From the NCBI GenBank assembly GCA_036170915.1, contig JAVHQC010000017.1:10245-74244 (forward strand): a DNA stretch of 64,000 nucleotides, written 5' to 3'. The stretch's first letter is position 1. Each line of letters opens with the position of its first letter. Source of the stretch: Cyanobacteria bacterium auto_48_18. GTDB taxonomy: Bacteria; Cyanobacteriota; Vampirovibrionia; Obscuribacterales; Obscuribacteraceae. This document shows, piece after piece, positions 57,214 through 64,000 of this stretch. The translations under genes and the position numbers were made by a program. The notes under the pieces were generated by a model. The model searched no databases. It was not told the origin of the DNA and was given only the letters and a program-made list of their open reading frames with translations.

Positions 57214-58044
57214 TCAGCGCTTCCGCACGGCTTCTAAAACCTTGTCAATTTGCAGCGTCAGTTCAGGCTTATCAGCTTTAGTCTGCTCGCATATTTCTAC
57301 TATTTGCGCATACTTTTTGCCATTAGCTACCAGCGACCATTGAGCAGCACCGGCCGTGACAATGCGATTGACGTCAGGTTTGTCTTTGGCCAGAACCGGC
57401 AGCGCTTCGCAAATGCGCGCCACATAATTTTTGTTGCCGGTAATAAAATAACTGGTCCACAGCATGTCGAGCACACCCGGATTCAGCCCCATGTTAATGA
57501 TTGGCGTTGTTTTTTTACCAGTGGCAGTGAGCTCTTGTGGTCTATTACTTTCAGGAAATTGCTGCGCCAGTTTGTTTGCTGCTGCTCTTGCATCATCAGT
57601 GTCAGCCGACCACAATGCTTTCCAGATAAGCACTTTGTGAGCCAATTTCAGAGTTGAAAGTTCATCCAGCCAGCCACTAATTTTTTCAGGGTGTTGAGCG
57701 AACTGTCGACTGGCAATGGCAAAAAGAATAGGCTCTTGCTCTTTATTGTCGAAGTCTCCCTTCTTCTCGCCAAAAAGCAGTGCCTGAGCAGTAAGTTCAG
57801 GCTGGGGATGGTCGAAATACATCAGTAACCACTGATCAAAATCTTTGCGCGAATCGATTTTTTTAAGCGCTTTGTATGTTTTGACGCCTGCCTCAGCAGA
57901 CCAAGCAGGCGCTGAACCAGGCAAAGCATTCGCAGCGGCACCAATGACCGAAAGCGAAAATAGCAAGACAGGCAATTTGTTCATGGCTAATAAAAGAAAG
58001 TTATTTCTTCTCGCTGTCGTCTTTTGCTGAATCGCCTTCGGCAT
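57214..58044 (-). CDS. Hypothetical exported helical protein
   Basis: Signal peptide from MNKLPV (true start probably 57984); LDMLW..YF.TG motif. Confidence 0.65.
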   Translation of the reverse strand: MPKAIQQKTTARRNNFLLLAMNKLPVLLFSLSVIGAAANALPGSAPAWSAEAGVKTYKALKKIDSRKDFDQWLLMYFDHPQPELTAQALLFGEKKGDFDNKEQEPILFAIASRQFAQHPEKISGWLDELSTLKLAHKVLIWKALWSADTDDARAAANKLAQQFPESNRPQELTATGKKTTPIINMGLNPGVLDMLWTSYFITGNKNYVARICEALPVLAKDKPDVNRIVTAGAAQWSLVANGKKYAQIVEICEQTKADKPELTLQIDKVLEAVRKR

Positions 58045-58321
58045 CTGTGTGATGCTGATACATTTCAGTTAAAGCCTTGATAATCACTTGATCAGTTTTG
58101 TGTTGCATATCGAGTGCTTGCAATAATTCCTGACCGGTCATCAGGCCTCGGGCCAGAATCAGCTTACCGAGCGGCTCACCAGAGGTGTCTTGCTCTTTAA
58201 TCAGCTCTTCCAGTTGGGTCAGTGAAATTTTGCCGCGCTTTAATAGCACTTCTCCAAGCTTTTCAGGCCTGGTCAAAAGCTCCCATTTTTGTTCTTCAGT
58301 TAGCGGTTCTTGATGTGTCAT
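58001..58321 (-). CDS. Stand-alone MshEN-like domain protein
   Basis: Tandem motif KLGEVLLKRGKIS..QL..LI.EQ....PLGKLILARGLMT..ELLQAL..Q. Confidence 0.7.
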   Translation of the reverse strand: MTHQEPLTEEQKWELLTRPEKLGEVLLKRGKISLTQLEELIKEQDTSGEPLGKLILARGLMTGQELLQALDMQHKTDQVIIKALTEMYQHHTDAEGDSAKDDSEKK

Positions 58322-58332
58322 TTTTATTTGCC

Positions 58333-59346
58333 TCAAGCCGCTTTGGTGCGGAGTTGCTGTTTTCGATCACGCCACCACACAAGCAAACAACTGGCGTTGA
58401 AGATAGATGAATAAGTGCCGGAAATAATACCGATTAACATGGCAAGTACAAAATCGCGCGTGGTAGTGCCGCCTAGTAAATACAATGCGAGCAAAGTAAT
58501 TACCACTGTTAAAGACGTGTAGATAGAACGAGCAAGAGTCTGATTGACACTGTCGTTAGCCACGTCACCAAAAGATTTTTTATACTCTTCTTTAGTGACC
58601 GGATTAATTGCTTTGCTGCCCACAAATTTAGCGTTTTCGCGCACTCGATCAAACACCACAATCGTGTCATGCACTGAAAAACCAATTACGGTGAGCACTG
58701 CCGAAATAAACAGGCTGTCTACTTCAGTGCCCCACACAAGACCAAGCAGGGCAAAAATGCCGCAGAGCACAAGTACGTCGTGCACAAGAGCGGCAATGGC
58801 ACAGACGGCATAATCAAATTTAAATCGATAGCTGATGTAACCAACCATACAAGCAAAAGTGAAAAGCAGCGCCAGTAGCCCATTGCTGAGCAGTTCAGGT
58901 CCAATGGTGGCTGTGACTTTGTCAACTGAAATAGCTTTAAATGGTCCGAGATCAGCGAGCAATTTAGAGTCTAATTTGGCTTTATCCGCTTCACTGTCTA
59001 TTGCTTTGGTGCGCATCACCACGGCTTCTTTGCCGCCAATATATGTTTGCTGCACTTGCGAACCGACAAAACCAGATTCGGCTAAAACTTTGTGCACCGA
59101 TTCTAACGTCGTGGGTTTTTCAAATTGATACTGCAAAATTGAGCCACCGGTAAAATCGATGCCTGGTTTAAGAGGGGCGCCAAATTTATAGCAACAGGCA
59201 ACAATTCCGAAAATACCGGGAATGGTGAGCAGCAGCGATATGGCAAAACAAAGAGTGCGATATTTAACTATGTCTACAACGTTTTTTGCCACGTGCGGTT
59301 TGTTGCTCAAACCAGAGCTAGAGCTAGAACTAGATGAAGAAGTCAT
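58333..59346 (-). CDS. secF: Protein translocase subunit SecF
   Basis: GIDFTGG; ALVHD; GFSVHDTIVVFDRVRE; QTLARS; GTYSSIF. Confidence 0.96.
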   Translation of the reverse strand: MTSSSSSSSSSGLSNKPHVAKNVVDIVKYRTLCFAISLLLTIPGIFGIVACCYKFGAPLKPGIDFTGGSILQYQFEKPTTLESVHKVLAESGFVGSQVQQTYIGGKEAVVMRTKAIDSEADKAKLDSKLLADLGPFKAISVDKVTATIGPELLSNGLLALLFTFACMVGYISYRFKFDYAVCAIAALVHDVLVLCGIFALLGLVWGTEVDSLFISAVLTVIGFSVHDTIVVFDRVRENAKFVGSKAINPVTKEEYKKSFGDVANDSVNQTLARSIYTSLTVVITLLALYLLGGTTTRDFVLAMLIGIISGTYSSIFNASCLLVWWRDRKQQLRTKAA

Positions 59347-60908
59347 ACGGCCTCCTTGGTCATCACTTTAGTACTTTTCTTTTTCTCGGTTTTATGACCA
59401 AACAAGCCAACGCTCGATGGCACCAGGTGCAGCATGGTGCGAGTGGCGGTGATGGCGGTAAACATTGAAACTGCCACACCAATTGCCAGAGTAACGGCGA
59501 AGCCCTTAACTAAAGAGGTACCGAACAACATCAGTACGGCGCAAGCAATAAGGCTGTTGACGTTACTGTCGAAAATCGATGACATCGCTCGTGAGAAGCC
59601 GTTTTCAACGCCTACCCAGAGATTTTTACCGTTATTCAACTCTTCTTTAGTGCGTTCAAAAATAAGAATGTTGGCGTCAACCGCCATCCCGATTGAAAGA
59701 ATAAATCCGGCGATACCAGCCAGCGTTAATGTCACAGGAATGGTTTTGAAAATGGCCAGGGTAGCCAGTGTATAGAGAATCAATGCCATGTCTGCGATCA
59801 ATCCTGGTACACCGTAAATCACCACCATGAAAATCATCACGGCGGCAATTCCAACCACTCCAGCAATCATACTTTTGTGAATTGAATCTTGACCGAGTGT
59901 GGCACCAACTGTACGCTCTTCTAGGATTTCAATGGGCACAGGCAGGGCACCAGCGTTTAGTTTGAGTGCCAGGTCTACTGCTTGATCGCGACTGAAGCTG
60001 CCGGTAATTTGACCGCGACCGCCGGTAATTGGTTCGTTAACGCGCACACCTGAATAGTGCTCAATGGGAACAGGCTTACCGTGTGCGTCTCTGTCAGTCG
60101 GTTGGCCATCAAGGAAAATGCCAATATATTTCCCCGCCAAACGTGTTGTCAGTTCGCCGAATTTTTTAGCTCCGGCATCTTTAAATTCAAAATCTACCTG
60201 CCAGGTTCCACCGGCTGTTGGTGAGGCTTGAGCGCGTTTGAAGTCAGCGCCGGTTAAGTCTACATTTTTCCAGTTCACCAGCCCTTCTGAAGTAAAGTCA
60301 AGTTCTTTAAATTCAAGCAAGGCTGTGGTGCCAATTCTGTCTTTGGCTTGTTGCGGATCTTTAATGCCGGGCAATTCCACAATTAAGCGGTCTTTGCCTG
60401 AGCGCTGCACCAGAGTCTCAGACACGCCTAAGCTGTTGATGCGGTTATTAATGACGGTCATGACGCCGTCCATTACTTGTGGCGTAATTTCAGGCACCTG
60501 GGGTGGTGCTGGAATTGCTCTCAGTAGGAGTTGACTGCCACCGCGCAAATCAAGACCGAGTTTTAAATTGGTGAACAGTGCGTAGCCTCTTGATTTGGCC
60601 AGCACCTGAATATTGTTGCCCATGCCGATGTGGTCATATTCGTTTTTGACTGCATCTTCTTTCTGGTAATTGTTCATTTTGTCCCAGCCGGGCAATTTCT
60701 CAACCCGCTTGAACACTTCTACTTGCAGATCGTTGCCGGTTAAATTGGCAAGGCGTTGCCATTCGCTAATTGTGGTGACCGGCTCAACTTGAAAAAGACT
60801 GACCAACGACCAGATCAAGACCGCGATTACCGCAAACGGTTTCCAGTCTTTAAATAAACCTCTGGAACCACTTTTAGAAGACGCGCCCTTTTGCCCGAAT
60901 ATACTCAT
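59343..60908 (-). CDS. secD: Protein translocase subunit SecD
   Basis: LGLDLRGG; RINSLGVSE; GALPVP; VGATLG; GMAVDANILIFER; VKGFAVTL. Confidence 0.96.
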   Translation of the reverse strand: MSIFGQKGASSKSGSRGLFKDWKPFAVIAVLIWSLVSLFQVEPVTTISEWQRLANLTGNDLQVEVFKRVEKLPGWDKMNNYQKEDAVKNEYDHIGMGNNIQVLAKSRGYALFTNLKLGLDLRGGSQLLLRAIPAPPQVPEITPQVMDGVMTVINNRINSLGVSETLVQRSGKDRLIVELPGIKDPQQAKDRIGTTALLEFKELDFTSEGLVNWKNVDLTGADFKRAQASPTAGGTWQVDFEFKDAGAKKFGELTTRLAGKYIGIFLDGQPTDRDAHGKPVPIEHYSGVRVNEPITGGRGQITGSFSRDQAVDLALKLNAGALPVPIEILEERTVGATLGQDSIHKSMIAGVVGIAAVMIFMVVIYGVPGLIADMALILYTLATLAIFKTIPVTLTLAGIAGFILSIGMAVDANILIFERTKEELNNGKNLWVGVENGFSRAMSSIFDSNVNSLIACAVLMLFGTSLVKGFAVTLAIGVAVSMFTAITATRTMLHLVPSSVGLFGHKTEKKKSTKVMTKEAV

Positions 60909-61077
60909 AGTTTAAAAATTTCAGCCTAAGAAAGAACTTGCAGTGCCACACAATCAATATCAGTGTGATCAGAAGGTCAAATTCTAGCGTATATGAGTGC
61001 TTTGAAGCCGAGCTTTAGCAGCGGCATGAAGCTGGTAGAGGCTTCAAAACGCTGAAATTTCTTCTTATTTTGGCAAT

Positions 61078-61776
61078 TTATGCCGTGATAACCTGATCGC
61101 CGCCTTTTTCCACAGCCAGTTCCAGCGCCTGAATGGTGCGGGCAAGCAATTCATCATGCTCGCGGGCGTGGGTTGGAAATGCTGCCAGACCTACGCTGGT
61201 AGTCACTTTCAAATTGTGCCAGTTGTGAGTGACGCCGTGCGTGGCAACTCGGCTGCGAATGCGCTCAGCCACAATGGCTGCGCCTGAAGCATTGGTTTCA
61301 GGCAAAATAATGGCAAATTCTTCTGAGCTGTAACGAGCAGGGATGTCAACGTCGCGAATGGCACCGCGTACAACTCCGCCAATCACTTTCAAAACCGCGT
61401 CTGAAGTGAGGGCGCCGTACGAGCGCTGAATATCTCTAAATCCATCCACTGCCACCATGCAAAGTGACACCGGCCGCTTGTAGCGCTTGGCTCTTTTCAA
61501 TTCGTCTTTCACTTCTTTGATGAATGTGCGCGAATTATAGAGTTCCGTCAGGGTGTCAAGCAGAGCCAACTTTTCAATTTCTTCGCCATTAGCGTTAGAA
61601 AGATTTGTTTGCGTGGCGGTGAGCAAGGAGCGCTGCTCAAGCTCTTTGACGCGATCAATGACCTGGTTGTCCATGTAGGCTCTGGTGCCGGCCAAGGTTG
61701 CTCGTTGCGGATTGTCGAGCACGCGGCAGAACATACAGGTTCGTCCGCTACATATGTGATCAGTGCGTCCTGACAT
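61078..61776 (-). CDS. Degenerate GGDEF-domain protein with intact I-site
   Basis: DTLTELYN; RDVD-IPARY-SSEEF; N-terminal HxCxxxxCxxC. Confidence 0.85.
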   Translation of the reverse strand: MSGRTDHICSGRTCMFCRVLDNPQRATLAGTRAYMDNQVIDRVKELEQRSLLTATQTNLSNANGEEIEKLALLDTLTELYNSRTFIKEVKDELKRAKRYKRPVSLCMVAVDGFRDIQRSYGALTSDAVLKVIGGVVRGAIRDVDIPARYSSEEFAIILPETNASGAAIVAERIRSRVATHGVTHNWHNLKVTTSVGLAAFPTHAREHDELLARTIQALELAVEKGGDQVITA

Positions 61777-61831
61777 TTAAGTAGACCCTTCTATAACTCA
61801 AAATCAGTATAGATTAATCTCTCTGGTTACA

Positions 61832-63202
61832 CTAGCTGCAAGCTAACACTTTGCCTGCTCGAACCACAAATTTGCCGTCGATAAGCAAATCACTGGCTGG
61901 TGGTGCCGCATAAATGAGAGCGTGGGCCAGGGCTTCGTTCAGATTATCCTGGTCACCTTTAAAGGCGGTCTTTTCAATTGGGAAAATGGCCAGGTCGGCC
62001 GCTTTGCCAACAGTTAAAGAACCGGTACTGTTTGAGAGATTGACGGCCTCGGCGGCGCGAGTGGTTATCAAACTCAGAGCTTCGGCGGCACTAATTTGAT
62101 CAAGCCAGGCCCCTGCTTCTTTAAGCAAACTTAAATCGCTGCACGAAGCCAGGCTGTCGGTGCCCAGACCAAATTTGATTTGATGATGATTAAAGGCGGC
62201 CATATTAGCCTGGCCGGTCAAAAGTCGTTTGTTGCTGCGCCGGCAGATGGCGGCCCGGGCGCCGGCTGTAGCCAAAATAGTAAAATCGGGTTCAGTCAGT
62301 TGCACGCAGTGCGCGGCGATTAGATTTTCGCTTAATAAGTCAAACTCCGCCAGGTGAGCGGCGGCGGTACGCCCTTGCCCTGACCACGACCTTTTTATTT
62401 GCTCAAGCAAATCATCAGTGCTCTTTGCCCCAGGCGGCATCACCTGGCGCAAATATTGATCGACAATCTCGCTATGATTCTCCAGCCAGTCACATTCTTC
62501 CTTCGATTCGGCCAGATGTGCCGTGAGCAGCAAGTTTTTTGCGCGAGCCCACTGGTCGGCCTTTTTCCACAGGGCCGGTGAAACAGTATAAGGAGCGTGT
62601 GGGGCAATAGTGATACTTAAACGTTTGGCTTCCAGTGCATCGCTCAGTGCACCGCTGGCGGTGCCCATTAAAGAATGGTAACGTTCGCTCCACAAAGTAA
62701 AAATGTTCTCTGCCGCACTTTCGTCTAAACCAAATAATTCCAGCCCCACCAGGCCTTTTAACCCTACTTGCGCCAGCGCCTCAGCGGCCAGACCCGTATA
62801 TGAACTGTCAACTACATATGATGTGCCGGCCAGGGCACAGGCTTGCGCTCCGGCTAGAGCCGAAGTCTCGAATTGTGCTTTTGTCCAGGAGCGGCTGTTG
62901 CCAACCAGTTGCGCCATCCATGTAAACAAAGGCAAGCCCTCGTCTATGGCTTGCGCTTGCGAATAATCGAGGTGGGTGTGAAGATTGAAGAGTCCTGGGG
63001 TGATCACTGAAGATTCGAGATCAACTACTTGTGAATCTCGAAGGTTGGCTTTGACTATTCGGTCGTCAGCTTCCTGTTCATTCAGTACCGCGGCAATCAG
63101 GCCGTTTTCTATAAGCACCCCGCCGCGGGCCAGTGCCAGCCCGGTGGCCGTCCAGAGCCAGTCTGCGCGAATCAGCAGTGGCGATGATGTACTATATTTC
63201 AT
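61832..63202 (-). CDS. Amidohydrolase family protein (MTA/SAH-deaminase-like)
   Basis: PGLFNLHTHL; APHAPYTV; HLAES; AAHCV; LGTDS; GKAADL. Confidence 0.9.
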   Translation of the reverse strand: MKYSTSSPLLIRADWLWTATGLALARGGVLIENGLIAAVLNEQEADDRIVKANLRDSQVVDLESSVITPGLFNLHTHLDYSQAQAIDEGLPLFTWMAQLVGNSRSWTKAQFETSALAGAQACALAGTSYVVDSSYTGLAAEALAQVGLKGLVGLELFGLDESAAENIFTLWSERYHSLMGTASGALSDALEAKRLSITIAPHAPYTVSPALWKKADQWARAKNLLLTAHLAESKEECDWLENHSEIVDQYLRQVMPPGAKSTDDLLEQIKRSWSGQGRTAAAHLAEFDLLSENLIAAHCVQLTEPDFTILATAGARAAICRRSNKRLLTGQANMAAFNHHQIKFGLGTDSLASCSDLSLLKEAGAWLDQISAAEALSLITTRAAEAVNLSNSTGSLTVGKAADLAIFPIEKTAFKGDQDNLNEALAHALIYAAPPASDLLIDGKFVVRAGKVLACS

Positions 63203-63223
63203 CTTTCATAAGCATAATCAAAC

Positions 63224-63769
63224 ATGAAAATTTCTGTGGACGAGTTGAAAGAAACGCCTCAACGTCGGGAGCTCATTGCCTTCAACGAAAATTTGCCCAT
63301 TCCTGAGGCGGTCAAACCGGCTGTGGGCGAACTGGTGCTGGCGATGGCCGCTGGTGGCGTCAAGCTTACCGGTAATGTCAAAAGTTTGCTCAAGCTTAAC
63401 TGCCAATCGTGTCTGCGGCCCTATTTCCATGTTTTGAATGTTGACATCGACGAATATTTCGTGCCCCACCGCAATGCCCTTGCCGATTTCGAAATGGGGG
63501 CACCTCGAGACAAAGAACTGCTTAAAGATGATTTCTATGATGAAATTCCTGAAGACGGTTTTATTGACATCAGCGACATTGTGTATCAAGCTGTAACGCT
63601 AGCTTCTCCAGTTTTTAGTCGATGCGGTGATGAGTGCCCTGGCCCTCAAATGCCCGAAGGCTCTCACGGTAGCGGCGTTTCGGGGGCAGGCTCCGAGAGT
63701 GCCTACGGTGAGAAACCAATCGACCCTCGTTGGAAGAACCTAAAGACTCTCTTTCCTAATCAGGAATAG
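63224..63769 (+). CDS. yceD: YceD / DUF177 family protein
   Basis: CQSCL; IDISD; IDPRWKNLK; located upstream of rpmF. Confidence 0.9.
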   Translation: MKISVDELKETPQRRELIAFNENLPIPEAVKPAVGELVLAMAAGGVKLTGNVKSLLKLNCQSCLRPYFHVLNVDIDEYFVPHRNALADFEMGAPRDKELLKDDFYDEIPEDGFIDISDIVYQAVTLASPVFSRCGDECPGPQMPEGSHGSGVSGAGSESAYGEKPIDPRWKNLKTLFPNQE

Positions 63770-63821
63770 AGGCTTTTTAGTAGATAATAATTAGTCCGGA
63801 ATATGGAGGATCGATACAGCA

Positions 63822-64000
63822 ATGGCTGTTCCGAAGAAGAAGACATCCCACCAGAAGCAGCATCAACGCAGAGCTCACTGGAAAGCAGAAGCACAAGAAA
63901 TTGGTACCTGCGCCAATTGCGCCGCTCCTAAGCGCAGTCATACTGCTTGCGGCGGTTGCGGATATTATGGTGGTAGAAGAGCTAGGCTCAAAGACGCTGT
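63822..64000 (+). CDS. rpmF: 50S ribosomal protein L32 (truncated at window end)
   Basis: GGAGG RBS; MAVPKKKTSHQKQHQRRAHWK...CANC...HTACGGCGYY (zinc-binding form). Confidence 0.96.
   Translation, partial: MAVPKKKTSHQKQHQRRAHWKAEAQEIGTCANCAAPKRSHTACGGCGYYGGRRARLKDA

Overview
Bacterial chromosomal window. Gene content (cyanobacterial-type ferredoxin-GOGAT, no photosynthesis genes, many lineage-specific hypotheticals) suggests a non-photosynthetic relative of Cyanobacteria such as Melainabacteria/Vampirovibrionia; this is an inference. Bases 1-~11450 look like the end of an integrative conjugative or mobilisable element abutting the 3' end of an initiator tRNA-Met (11453-11529, minus strand). 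It carries a probable relaxase C-terminus, a VirD4-type coupling protein with no transmembrane anchor, and an overlapping 2-TM membrane protein that shares a domain with the VirD4 N-terminus. It also carries a defence cassette: a REase-like/beta-domain/PRTase fusion, a PHP-ABC-ATPase, an RloA/RloB (AbiL-like) pair and a metallophosphoesterase. Clusters of phased short repeats lie at 10140-10277 and 11186-11381. The remaining ~52 kb is core genome: dtd, tandem thymidylate-kinase-like genes, GDPD with an apparent ATC start, c-di-GMP proteins, a pseudokinase, a TolC/MacAB-like efflux operon, an NDH-2-cNMP-CBS fusion, a two-component pair, Fd-GOGAT, amtB, a DAACS symporter, thiL, folD, cinA, queA, queG, crcB, secDF, yceD and rpmF (truncated). 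No CRISPR array or rRNA was seen. All family assignments come from motif recognition by eye, not database searches.
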